Positions 1 through 13,300 of a stretch of DNA of 64,000 nt are shown here, piece by piece. The stretch lies in contig OZ287749.1 of the NCBI GenBank assembly GCA_965649765.1, forward strand, positions 72,540,001 through 72,604,000, written 5' to 3'. Source of the stretch: Bispira polyomma. Its lineage: Eukaryota. The notes below the pieces were generated by a model, which saw nothing but the letters and a program-made list of their open reading frames with translations, had not been told where the DNA came from and made no database searches. A program made the translations under genes and the position numbers. How positions within the stretch are numbered: the first letter of the stretch is position 1; the number at the start of each line of letters is the position of its first letter.

Positions 1-450
1 GAGTGGATTGTGTATGATGGAACAGAAGCTTTAGCAGTAACAACCAGAGCATGGCAAAAAGCAAACAAACAAAACAGTGTGTGTTAATTAGTGATTATAG
101 ACCGTTTATTGTTCAAATAACAATACATTCTTGTTATTACATGTCTATAGCGTAGCTGAAAAAGGGGGTGGAGCGGGGAATGAGTGGTGAATGTAAGATA
201 AGAGTATTTTGTGTAGGTGGGAGGGGTGTCTGCCTCTGGCAGCTGAGGGTGCAAATTGTGGAGCACAGAAGAGGTGTGAAGTCGCTGAAAGAGGGTGATA
301 CAGCATAAGGGTGGTTTGTGGTGAGGTGTAAATGACACCCATTTGCTGTGCTTAAAGAGAAGAGTTACAATATTAGACTGATTACAAAACTAGAGAATAT
401 CTAGGGAGGGGTCTGTGGCTTGAAGGTGGAAGGGTTGAAGTGGCTGTTCA
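1..450 (-). pseudogene. Possible highly decayed tyrosine-recombinase remnant
   Basis: Minus-strand fragments FKHSK, SYL......HPLFQ.....ITR, HCF and AKASVPSYTI occur in the order expected for a YR C-terminal half, but across different frames. Confidence 0.25.
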
Positions 451-669
451 TCTACGTCATCAAGGGATCTGACTTTGAGGCACTTTCTTTCTTCCCTTCT
501 CTATTATAGTGTGTGTCATTTTGGAGTGCTTCTAAGCAGAGAGCCACTGGGGAATGTGTAAATTGGTTCAGGGTTTCACTTGTTTCTTTTGGTTAATCTC
601 AGTGGTGGGAATAGTAGAAGCAGAACAGGTGAAACCTTTTGGAAAAGAAAAGGGAGATCAGTGCCCCTG

Positions 670-1066
670 TACATGGTCATACCGAAGTTTTGGTTAAAAG
701 TGGTGTAGCTCTGTTTTTTACATGGTGATGCAGGGTTTTTGGTAAAAGTGGTGTAGCTCTGTTTTTTTACATGGTGATGCAGGGTTTTTGGTAAAAGTGG
801 TGTAGCTCTGTTTTTTTTACATGGTGATGCAGGGGTTTTGGTAAAAGTGGTGTAGCTCTGTTTTTTTACATGGTGATACAGGGGTTTTGGTAAAAGGGGT
901 GTAGCTCTGTTTTTTTACATGGTAATACAAGGGTTTTGGTAAAAGTGGTGTAGCTCTGTTTTTTACATGGTGATACAGGGGTTTTGGTAAAAGGGGTTTA
1001 GCTCTGTTTTTTTACAAGGTGATACAGGGGTTTTGGTAAAAGGGGTGTAGCTCTGTTTTGGTAAAG
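670..1066. repeat. Minisatellite, about 48-50 bp unit, about 8 copies
   Basis: Unit ttttggtaaaagtggtgtagctctgtttttttacatggtgat(g/a)caggg repeated head to tail. Confidence 0.95.
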
Positions 1067-2390
1067 AGGTTGGAGTTTATATTGAGTTTTATATTGACCC
1101 TTTATTTTGGTTTTGACCCCTTTTTTATATTCCTAAATGTTTTTTCGTCTTTGGACGGTCTGGGTTGCCTTTGTATAAGATTCTTTCGTTTCAAATACTT
1201 TGACTAAAGAATAAATTCTCTCTTCTGTAAGGGAGCATATGGTTTAGTTTGATCTTGTCTGTAGGTGTGTGATGGATTAATGCGCTTGTACATATAATGT
1301 TTGAGGGTGGCTAGTTCGGATATATTTTTTCTTGTACAAACGGTTTCAAGGCTGGTAGATGTGTTATTGAACAAGAAAAATTTAAATATGTAGTTATTTT
1401 CACTGAAGAGAATTGTATTACTGGAAATTGTCTTGATGAAGTTAATTACACTCAATTTTAAAACAGTATTTCATTGGTGACATTAAATTGTTCTTCTTAT
1501 GTTAAAATTGTGCCTGTTGTTTACAAAAATATATGTATATGTATCTTTTTTTTCTATTTTCAGACATTAATGCCAGACCTGGACGACTATGACTAAGAAA
1601 TCATTGACTTCCTAAGAAGAGCTACTACCAACTGGGTTGTTTATTAAATACAATAGAAGTTCTACATGAAAAACAACAATAAAAACATCAACTCTTTGAA
1701 TCATCTGCCCACCCGTGAAGGTCATCATAACCCTCTGTGATACATATACAGTATCACTAAAAAGCAGAACACACGAATACCACCCCCCCCCCCCCCTTCT
1801 CCATTCTCTCTCTTTGTTTACCCCCATTTATGTATTGGATATCCAGAGCCAATTGCTGCTAAGTGTGACCCATTGGTGGTGTTTGTGGTGAGCTGTAGCC
1901 AGTGGTATCGGTATATATATAAACCCTACACACATGCACAGAGGGGTGGCTTGCTGGGGTGTATCAATAGCTTCCATTAAGTAGATTGATCTACATTATT
2001 AATCATCTGATGTGGTTATAACTGGAAAACATTGTTACCCCACCATCTCTCTCTGGTCGGGTCGAGTGTTTGTGGTGGTAGAACCTGCAAGCAAAAGGAG
2101 ATATGGTGTGTGAATAATGCATTAGAAAATAAACGGGGAGGAAAAGTGAATCAAAACTAATAAATAACTGGGGGGTTAAAATACCTTAACATTTTATGCA
2201 TCTATGTGGATAGAGACTGAATAACTTATGAAGCTGTAATGATATGTTTTGATCAATAGGAAATTCAATCAGGTAAACAAAAAAAAAATTGACAGCAAAA
2301 AACCCACGAAGAGGATATTTGATTAAAAAGAAAAAGTGCATACAAAAAAGGACTGAGATTGTTGAATTTGTGTTATCCTGTAAAAGCAAA

Positions 2391-2436
2391 ATGAAGCAAG
2401 AAGTGGTACTCATCAGTTTGTGCTTTTTATCCCTAG
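2391..2436 (+). CDS. Host gene coding exon 1: signal peptide MKQEVVLISLCFLSL(G) of an acidic secreted protein
   Basis: ATG in aaaATG context, hydrophobic run, consensus donor G|GTAAGT at 2437 (phase 1). It joins in frame to the exon at 27471 to give MKQEVVLISLCFLSLGFS/APVEIK, a plausible signal peptide and cleavage site. Confidence 0.75.
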
Positions 2437-4159
2437 GTAAGTAGGTGTATTAGTGATAGTTATTTTGTGTTATTATTCAATTTCTTGTTGTTAAACTCCC
2501 ATGCCACTATTATTGTACAAAAACGTATTTGAGTGCATGTGTATATCAAATAAAGATAAATAATTACAGCGGAAATCTAGTGAAAGCACAATCAGTGCAC
2601 CATTTATATGCTACAATAAAAAAAAGAAGATATTTAATATTTAGTACATTATATTGCTCAACCCCCTGTAAACACAGTGAAACATAACATAGTTACTCAT
2701 GGGATACCAGATTCAACGCCAAATTTCTAAAAGGCAAACTTGTATGATAATAAAATGTTATCATGGTCACCATTCATTAATGTTGTCATATTTAGGAAAT
2801 GACCTCAGTGGGTTGACAGATAACTAATGTATTTGTTACAGTGTCATATACATTACCTAGACAGTTGACAAAATAAATAATAACATCTTGTACTCAGCTC
2901 TGCATAGTTTTACATATTACCTTTTACAAACAGAAGACATTTTCATTAGCTTAATAGATAATGATTTAGACTCAACAAATTAAACCAATTTGAATGTTAG
3001 TTTTTACCATGTAAATTTTTTTTTTTGCCAGAAAACCATAAGGTATTTCACTCAGTTTTTTGTGACACATTTTTTCCATACAGATACATTTGACATTGTC
3101 ATTAATAACATTAAAGTTATCAACTGATCTAGATATACAATATAGGTTAAGGGCCTAGGTGTGTCTTGTTGGATGTGTATTTGTAACAGAGCATGGGGAC
3201 GATGATATCATCTAACTAGCATAGGTTATATATCAGCTGGCTATTTCTGTACATCTGCCACTATGGTCAAGTAGATAACACATTCTCTTAGGAATGCAGA
3301 GGATCTGGGTTCAGATCCAACACGGGGCATAGTGGCTCAGATGACCACTAACATAGCGGTCATTGGGTTCTGGCTCCAGTGGCAGGCTAAAGAACATTTG
3401 GGATGTTGATAGATGGTCACCATCAATCCTCTATCTTCAGTTAGGGATTTGACAGTAACTGGTGCTGGTTGGCTGTACTTGGGCAGGCAAACAAAAAGGT
3501 TAATTAGTGCTTTAAATCTGAAAAAATGTAGATACATATAGTGACTATAAATCAGATTTATGAATACACCCAGTGTCATATGTAGCTTTTTTGTAAAGGC
3601 TTAAGTTTTTATTTGATTGAACATTTAAGTACCTCACATTATAACCCTACTCAAGCCGAATGGAAAGTGTTAACACTGTATTGGGGGTTTAGTTTAAGGA
3701 TTAACTAAATCTGTGTCCATCTACTTGCAACCAACCAGTTTGAGCCAGATTAGGAGTATTCAGGCTATCCCTCTGCCTGCTTCAATTTGAGTAAGTTTGA
3801 ATGCATAGAAAGTAGAATTATTATATCAGTTATCCAGTGTGACTTCATAGATTTGAATCACATGACTCTGTCGTATGATTTATATATATATATATATATA
3901 ACAGCTAATCCATTAGCATGAAGGATTTGGTTAAGTTTCTGGAAAAACAATATTAATGGGGTGGTTTGAACTGGCCAGGCATGACAATCAAGTGGATACT
4001 TCTCACATTATCGTTTTTGTGTTTCATGTCAAACTATTGATCATCATCTTGCACGAAAGCATGCCTTGAAGAATAGAGCATGAATACTTTTCAAATAAAC
4101 CACATATCCAGTATTATGATTTATTAGCTTTTGTTAAATGTCACTTTCAACGACTGGGG

Positions 4160-4690
4160 TTTACATGCAACATGCAGTTTATTAATGGGGAAAAGCAGAA
4201 CAAGGTAGTTGCTATACACTTCAGCAATTCTGACCAGCTATCCAAGTATGCTTGCCTCCAGCAAAAAAGTGCCCATCACTATTTCATATGCAATTGTTGC
4301 AAGCACCGTTAAACCCAAAATTATTTCTATTTTTTATTGCGATAAGTTGCCTCAAGATAGATGTAAAAAACTTATCTTACTTTTTGCTAATTTATGTCTT
4401 AGTAGTATTCATTTAAGCATAAAGACATAGTTTTACATGCAGTTTTTTGGTGGAGGGAAGCAGTACAGGGTACTTGGTATGCAGTTCACAAATCTTGACC
4501 AACTACACTATTATGCTCTTCTCCAGCAATAAACTGCCCATCACAATATAATATGCAATTGTTTTAAGCACCTTTAAACCAAAATTTAATCTCATTTGGC
4601 TGCGATAAGTTGCCTTGAGAGACAGATGTAAATAAATTATCTTAATGTTTGCTAATCTATGTCTTCATTAGTATTGATTAAAGTGTAAAA
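4160..4690. repeat. Diverged tandem duplication, about 270 bp unit
   Basis: Shared blocks tgcccatcac..tatgcaattgtt..gcgataagttgcct..agatgtaaa..tgctaat in both halves. Confidence 0.85.
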
Positions 4691-6371
4691 AACAATTTTT
4701 GTGCTGACTTTTATGTCGCCACAAACTGAACTACAATTTATAGAGAGGTTATCAAAATAAAGATTTAGTAAGTACTTTCTAAATGTATAGGTAAGCTATA
4801 CAAATCTAAGGGAAAAGAGATTTACAATTATAAAATCATGTAAAAATATGTTAAAATATCTAAGGTAACTATTTCTATTTAATTTCATCAGCAAAAAAGT
4901 GCTTCAAATAGGTTAGACGGACCAACTAAGTATCTGTATTGCGCAGAATATATCAAGCATGTTGATTTGATGAGATTATAAACTTCTTAAAGTTCTGTTA
5001 CTCATTTATTGCATGTCATTGTGAAAAAGAACATGGATTTTCTCTGTTTTTTGTTTGTTTAAAGCATAGATGTGAAAGAACATCCGGAATTGTGGTGCAG
5101 AAATTCATGCCCCTTGCATTATGTTTACTTCTCTGAACTGAATTTCACCCAAGTTTTCCAATAAAGCCTTATTGTCTTAAACTATAACCAGAGACAAAGG
5201 AAACCTCTTTGTGATGACAAAAGGAGTCATGTTACAGCTCTGAGACTACAATTACCCAATCTATAATTGTCTATCAGTTTTTCAATTTAAAACTTAAACT
5301 GAGAGGATAATATATGTTGTTTACCCATATAAGAAATAGCTATGCATGTAAGTGAACTTCAGCATGGTTTAAGAAATCTAATTGTTTGTTTTAGAATGCG
5401 AGTCAGTGTTAAATTTTAAAACAATATAGCTATTTGTGTAGGTTTTTTATGCATGTATAACTAAATCAGATTTTAAAAGGTAAGCCCATTTGAGAAGACA
5501 ATAAAAGCATTGCCAACGGGAAATATAACCCTTAGTATTGAAACAATGTAACTCAAACTTAAATTGTTATAAAGGTTGATCATTTACTGGCATGTACTGG
5601 TATATTTTTATTTCAAAGTAATGTAAACATACTTTGATGTAATAAAGAAATACTATGCATGAATATTGTTTATTGAAGCTATATATTATGTACTTATCTC
5701 CTCAGCTGTTGGTTGTAACTTAACACACTACCTCTAATTTAGAAGACCTTGTTGTGAGTGCAGCCTAGAATCAATATGGTGGTAGTTCCTTGCCCATCCT
5801 ATATATCCACATTGATTAGTATACAAGTGGGAGAGGAGCTAGTGAGATAAGAAATTCTCCCAGGAATTAACAGAAATCATCCATATGTATAAGAGATGTA
5901 TAAAACTTGTTTGTTGATCAGCTAATGTGGAAACTAACAATAGTCATTGTTTTTTTCACAATCGGAAGCACAATTTTAAAAAGAAAAGAAAGAGACTAGC
6001 TGTTATTATGTAGTACTTCTAACTTAGCACTAAATGCAAAACATAATACCAACAAAATGAGGACAATCTGTATTTTAAAGTTAATCAAGGTATTTTCCAC
6101 AATTAACAGAGCACACTAACCTTCACCAATAGTGTGTTTTTTGTTCCCGTAGAATTTGGGCAATACAATTTGTAAAATTAGTAGAGATTTGGCAATCATT
6201 TGTGTATAGCACATTCAGAATCAGGTATTAGGATGTGTAGCTTCTTTTTTCCAGCACGCTATCTTGCCTGGGCCAGCTGAGCAAAATGTGCTTAAAACTG
6301 TAATAGATGACCTTAAATCTGTGCCCAGCCTAAAATTGAAGGTACATATAGCAGAGGTTATAATTTGTCAA

Positions 6372-6532
6372 TGTGGCCTAGTGGGTAACACACTTGCTTA
6401 GTATCACAAATGACTTGTGTTTGATCCCAACCTGGGTTCCCTGGGACAGCAGATATATAGTGGTTCAGATGACCACTTAAAAGGATGTCACGGGGTTATA
6501 TCCCCAGTTGCAGACTAAAGCACATGAGGAAC
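6372..6532 (+). mobile_element. Degenerate tRNA-derived SINE, third family (second copy near 3262-3405)
   Basis: gtggcctagtgggtaacac head; shared atagtgg.tcagatgaccact and gcag.ctaaag.aca in both copies. Confidence 0.65.
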
Positions 6533-9436
6533 AATGGTTATTTTAGACTGGTAATAACATACATACAATAGCCATGTCTAAGTTTAAATTTACATTTTTT
6601 GATAAGTACCAAAGCTAATACCACACTCTTCCACACTGATCCATCCTTTGCCAGCCTTTCAGTTCTCTTCGAGACCATTTTATAACCTTCAGCTCACGTT
6701 CTACAACAAGCCTATATGTCTATTCTGGCCTTTTCCTTTTTCAGCCTTCTATCTGGGGGCAACTTTCACTGTGCTGTTTTCATTGTTCCAAAGCACATGA
6801 CCAATCCATCTCCGTTTTCTTTTCTTGATCTAAGCTTTATGCATGATAACAAATGGCCAAGCTGTCTAAAACTAAGAGAAAGTCAGAAGGTAGACCCAAT
6901 AAAATAGAAAGAACAGGGTTTAGAATTAGGTATGGATTTAAAGTGTTTTGCATTGGATTTCAAAGCTGCAACAAATGATATTAAGTATGGATTTAAAGTA
7001 TTTTGCATTGGATTTTAAAACTGCAAAAAATTATATGGGTACAAAATACATGTTTGAAGTTTGGAAAAACAAATAGTTGTTCTTTGTTCCTTAGGAAGAA
7101 CATAGTCAATCTGTTACATCAAAGTAAAAATATTTTGATGAAGTGAGAAACTTCAGGGAATTGGCTTCCTGTAAATAACATAAAATTAAAAAAAAAAATA
7201 ACAAAAAATAGAAGAAAACCACAGAGAGGATATGAATTTTCTTTGCATGCAAGTCATGTAAGTAGCTAAAAGTTTCTGCACTTAGATCTAACTGTGGAAA
7301 ATAAGAACAAAAATGTTACATGAACCGAGACGTGGGGATTTGAAGAATTTTAGCTTTTTCCTAGCACTGTACTTCAAAGACTAAAGAAATTTAGTAGCAA
7401 CTTTTATTGTGATTATTTATAGAAAAAAACCTAGAAGAGTACTGTGCCACAATGCTGAAACATGAAAGAAAAATACTGTTTCCACCTTTACGGATCCATG
7501 CCAAAATTTAAATTGTAATTCCTTGGTCCGTGTCTCCTCTTTTCACCAAAATTTATGTTAATCGGACAAATACTTTACGTTGTAATCCTGGTGACAATTA
7601 AACAAACTAATGGACTCAGACAAAAACAAAACCTCTCTTAAATATAAGTAAAAACACTCTACTATGGAGGGTTTAAGCTGTAGAATAGGTAAAAATGAAC
7701 TGGTAAAATCAATAAAGAACGCTTGCAATCTTGTATCTAATTTTTGTTGTATCAAACAAATTTTCTCTACGTGTTCTTAACTTTTGACACACACTGTAGA
7801 AGCAGTCTTAGCTTAAGAAGCTCCACACGAAAGCACACAGAAGTGTTTTTTCATTGGAAAGCCACTTTGATATCAAACCCATTGCAGAAATGCTTTTGGG
7901 ACTTAGGCGGCTTTTAGAAGTGTCACTTCTTTTTTTTGCATCCCCCCCCCCCCCCCCCCCGGTTCCTCCATATTTTCCATTCTGTCCTCTTTTGCTGCAT
8001 TTCCTCTTGACCTTTCACACGCAATTATATTCCGGCACAGAAGCTTTCAAACAACAAGAAAAGTGCTTTTTTAAAAAAAGAGATGGCTTTGGTAGACTAG
8101 AACAAATGAAAATGACCTTCAAAGAGGGTGCTCCTGAAATTTAGTTTTAATTTGTCACACAGTAGGGGAAGGAGGGGGGGGGGCAGTAGGGGGGGGGCGG
8201 GGCGGGAGTTGTTATGTAAGAGGATTGTAAAGGATTACTGTGAGATGTTAGTGGAGATTTAGGACACTGTCGGACTGCCAATGGGAATTGTATTTTATAT
8301 AAGCATCCAGTCAATTTATCAGCTAGCTTTTGGCGATTAGTGGCTACCCCTGGAGGGAGAATACTTTTTGGTAATAATAAAAAGTCCTGAGTGGATCCGG
8401 TGTGGCCCTCCCCACTTTTTAAATCATTTTTTTTCTCAAGAAATCTTTGGTCTAAAACAAATATTTTAAGGCATATATCTTGGGTCTAAAACATATATTT
8501 TAAGGCAAAAATTGCTAAATTGCAGTTTGACAAATGTAATGAGTCTAAAAAAGGAGATTCAGTTAAGTATAGCGTATGTATATATTAATATTTTATTGAT
8601 TGTATTATGGTGACATATGTTAATACACAATAAAAAACAAGATAAATTGTCACACCAACACCTTGCTTATGCAACAGTATTTTTGATCAATTGTTAAAAT
8701 GGGCTTTATTTTGACAGAAGAATAATCGCCTTAGAGCCAGTCACAAAAATGCTGTTGTTTTTCATACAGATACAAAAAAAAAACAAACAACCCTGCAGAA
8801 CCATTGTTAGGCTTATCATTATGACCAGGAAATAACCATAACCCGAGATCTGTCTTTAAAACAGGGGCCTATAAGGGCTTTATGATATCGGTTTTTTTAG
8901 TCTTAAGTAAGTGTATGCATGTAAGGAAATTACTGATTAAGTAATCACAGAATAACTGAGATATGTTTTTTTTTATATAAAATACTGTATTCCAATTATT
9001 TTACTCGGTAGATATAATCATGCTTAAAATGAAAGAAGGTTTTTGGAGCCTGAGATATCCGCAGGATTCTAGTAGACTTTAAGTTTAATGGTGGGAATTT
9101 ACCGTCGGGCTAAATCCACGAGGAAAGCTCCCTATTCATCTAAAAAGAGGGGTGCTGGACATGTTTTTGTACGTGACTGGCAGTCTTAAATATCCAAAAA
9201 TATTGACAAAATCAGCATTTAGACCTTTTTTCTTTCATCATGGTAATCACATGTTACATAAGTTCCATCCACTTTTATTTTTTTTATAGTATTGCAGGAG
9301 GGGGCTGCATCAGTAAAATATACACAATGTATATGGAACTAATGCTACATTGTGTGCCATGATCTATTGACAATGACAACTAGTATAGCTCTATTGTGCC
9401 TAAAATTCCATTCAATTTGCATATTTTTCACTTTTT

Positions 9437-9716
9437 TTAACAGGACCTAAGCAAGGTTGCACATCAAATATATTATTATAAAGAATATACCAGTGAATGT
9501 TTGAAAAAAAATATTATTTGCTACTTTTGCAAAACTGTCAAAAACAGGGCAAGCAAATTTATAATGTATGATTTGGCGACCGTTTAAAAATTTTGCAACA
9601 CATATTGTATAACATTTTGGTAATCATCCAACATTTCTGAAATTTTTTAAAAAGAAAATGCAATGTCCGTTTATGTTAGATTTTGCTTGCGATAGCAACC
9701 TATCGTGTCCTGTTAA
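9437..9716. mobile_element. Short TIR element bounded by TTAA (Kolobok-like MITE)
   Basis: Left end ttaacaggac..aggttgc and right end gcaacct..gtcctgttaa are inverted repeats. Confidence 0.55.
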
Positions 9717-10136
9717 TTGGGGTGCTTCATTTTTTACACCAATTGTTGATTATTATTACTAATATTATCTGTTGGAAAGTTACTATCGTAAATAAAGTTT
9801 CAGCTGCAACTTATATTGGATAAAGCAATAGATTTCCATGTAAAGATAGTACTTCGTCAGGCAAATTGTTTGGAAAATACCCTAAAAATGGAGAAACCCT
9901 GGAATGAAAATAGCATTTCTTTGGCTGTATCTAATTACTAGGGGTCAGCATTTCTTTGACTGTATCTAAAACTAAGGGTCAACATGCTGTCAATTTTGAC
10001 ATAACTAAACAATTTGGGACATAATTATTTCTAAAGCCAATGGAGACTCTGACTATATTTGTAGCCAGGGTGAGGTCAGTGTTGCATGTATATTGTCATA
10101 CACAAAGATCTCCACATGACCCTATTTTCCCACAGC

Positions 10137-10380
10137 TGGGTCCATATCCTTGAAAGAAACTCCAGTTCAGACTAAGATTTGACGCAAGTGAAGGTACTAT
10201 ATAAATCAAGTATGTAAAACAACCTCTACTTGTGACTATTCATTTTAATAGAGCTTTCGTCGCTAAATTCAAATATGTAGGTAGGTTTTAAGTATCTTCC
10301 CTCTCCACAGAGATAGGTAGATTCAATTTGAGCTTACGTTTGAGTTGGGCTTGAGATGTTTGGAGGAGATGTTTTCCCTG
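10137..10380. mobile_element. MITE-like interspersed repeat (copies near 13545-13770 same strand and 15375-15625 opposite strand)
   Basis: Shared core cttgt...attttaata.a.ctttcgtcgct.aattcaaatatgtag; the 15375 copy is the reverse complement, with gggatgtatt / aatacagatccc ends. Confidence 0.75.
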
Positions 10381-13300
10381 GTCTCAGTAATCCTAGTGTA
10401 ACATTCACTGACGTTCTCTTTAAGCCTATCTAAAGCTCAAGCAGATATATTTCACATATTTGGTTCATTCTATGAGATCTATGATAAAGCAAACCTTTCC
10501 TGAAAAAAATATATAGATACCAACTAAATATATTACAATTGACAAGCATTAATTTTCCCATAAATTTATTGGAAAGTTGTTGCAGTTATATGGAGTTTCA
10601 GTTGGAGCCATATATTTATATTGGATGATAATGATGATGCAGTAGATGTTTCTCCCTGTAAAAGCTACCATTGTCCTGCAGCTTTACTCAGCTGGCCGAG
10701 CAAATTAGTATCATCTATCAAACTCATTCATACTGAGGGGGCTTCTTTACACAAAGGAAAAACTAAGTCTACAAGACCTTGCTGCATTAGGTGAAACAAC
10801 TAATTTAGCAATATCTTACTAGTGACAGCACTTGATCCATATATTACATAGGTGACTTCACCATGTGTTACTGAAATCACAGAATGCATCAGCATGTTGC
10901 TAATATGGATATATTTGCAGGGAAATTACAGTGACAATAAAAAACAGACACAGTAAAACACACACAATATAGTGATGGGATTGGCAAAAAAAATTGCGTC
11001 ATTGGGAGAAAACGTTGCCCTGTTTCCCCCATTAAACTAGCACAGTCTCCTTTCTTCCAGTACAAACAGACCTTCATGACTTATTCATATTACAGGTCAC
11101 TAGAGTTTTGGTATGTCCCCAGGGAGTGTTTCCCTCTTATTGCTTTGACCACACACAAAATTAAGGTTATGGCTTCATCAACACTGTTTTGATTGAATAT
11201 GATGCACATACATATGCATTATTTTGTTGTAACATATTACCTACTAGTCACTCCGACAATCTTAGGTAAATTGTGTTGGTTAATTTTATAAATCAATGGT
11301 ATGTTATGTGTCAAACTAGCTGCAAATCAGGATATTATAGAATTTATTGACTTAAAGTTAAATAACTTGGAAAGAAACATCATGTGTACTTATAAACATA
11401 GATAGCTACTCAGGATTTTTTTAGAGGACCTAAATATATATTGACCATGCTTTACATGAGGCATTTACAACATCTAGAAATATCACAGAGGCTATTAATT
11501 AATGTTATCTGTTACAAGAGGATCTCTGTGAAGTTAGTCATACATCAAGTATCTAAAGAAAGACAGAGGTTGTCATTTTACAATATCATAGGGAGGTCAG
11601 GTTTGTTATAAATATTGAAGTACTAATACAACACACTATTGATACATCATCCTCATTTATCGAAAGGGATAGTCTTAAAACATAACCTTGGTGATCATCA
11701 TTAAGCAATGGCGTGCTCACTTCTTACCCAAGGATATTAACTCACCCATGAACTTAGTGGGGGTTCAAACTGGGGACCTTCCAATCAACAGACCAACTCC
11801 CTGACCACAAGAGTTAGTGTGGTCTTTCTGTTGAATTGAATAACCTAATTAAGTGATCATTACTTGACAATGTTAAAAGTTATCATTAAATATCAAGATA
11901 TATACAATCAGAAGCTTAAAATAAATATCTCATTACCTGTACAAGTAAAGTCACTGCAGATCCTTTATAATATTTTTACCAAGATAAACACCAGGCCTCA
12001 AACCTTTCTGTTCAATATATATCATTAATATAAAAAGAAAATTGATATTTTAAGAAATAGCAGCAATTGTGGGGAAAACTGGATGGCCTTAACACTATAA
12101 AAATGTAAGGAAACTATTGAATAATTTGTGTTAGTAGTTATGGTAACAACAACAAGAAGAGTACGCCCCCTTTCGACTCTGTTCTTGGCTTTACCAAGAT
12201 GTATTGGAGGAGTAGCAGGTGTGTGTAAGAGTGTCCCTGGAGAGATTACAAAGGGCTCTGACCCAAACAGACCATACAAACTAGAAGGGGCTGCCTGGAT
12301 AAACAGGAAAGGTTACTGGTTTTGAGTGAGAACCCCTTCAAAAAATGTATTTCATGCGGAGGAAAATGGTTATGTATGTTTATGAAACATGTAAACATGA
12401 GCCAAAGTGGTAGAAAATGATGGTATGTATTACTGGGGGTGAACTGGCCTATTTGTATGATACAAGAGAAACGAATTGTACTTGTACGTAAACTCTCCAG
12501 TTTGCTATTCATTATATCAGTTTGCAATTGCATTGTACATAATATTTTGAATGTGCCCTGTAGATGCCATCTTTTAAAGAGCACAACATCATTGTCAGTA
12601 AGGAATGATCTTGCACCACAGCAGTAGTCATCCTTAGTAGGCAATGGCGTGTCAACATCTTGCTCAATGATGTTATCCCCCAGTAACCATAATGACATTA
12701 CCTGGAGTCAAACCTGGGACCTCCTGATCGCCAGACCGAATTCTCTCAGCTGTACTAGGCTATGGTGGACTTTAAGCTTTTATTCCAACTAGAATTTTTA
12801 AGTTGATAAAGTTTTGTAGTTACATTTTTTTTTTACCTTATCTAATAATAATGCAAAGATTAAGAACAGGGTCTCATACCAATTTTAGGTTCACATTTTA
12901 GCAGTGTACATTGAGAAGCATTTTAAAAAAATATTACTGGCTATTTTTAAAACTTTTACAGTTATTTAAAGTTGTTTTTCACTTTCAGTTGAGCGGATAT
13001 ATATGCTATTTATGGGTCACATTAGTAGACAGCAAACATTCGCATCGCAAAAGGATCTTCATATTTTTAAAAGGGTATTTGGTCTTCATATTTGCTGCAT
13101 CTATGTTGAAAATAAGGGGCTCATTTTACAGAAACAATAAACTCCACAAACAAACCCCGCTGAGTCTCACCAGTCATATTTGATGGTAATTGTGGTTCCT
13201 AAAGTAGATTATTTCCCATGTATTATTGTTTTATTGGATTAAAGAATTCTTCCCAACGATTTTTTTTTGTATTAAACAGATCATGGTATAACTTGCTCAA

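Noticed and set aside
670-1066. Regularly spaced repeats considered as a CRISPR array
   Set aside because: Units are head-to-tail with no unique spacers, there are no cas genes, and the context is eukaryotic. The same applies to 27237, 31029, 44287 and 47004.
12025-12698. Cluster of overlapping ORFs up to 150 aa
   Set aside because: No motifs, intron-like composition, and partial overlap with a SINE remnant near 12625-12770.
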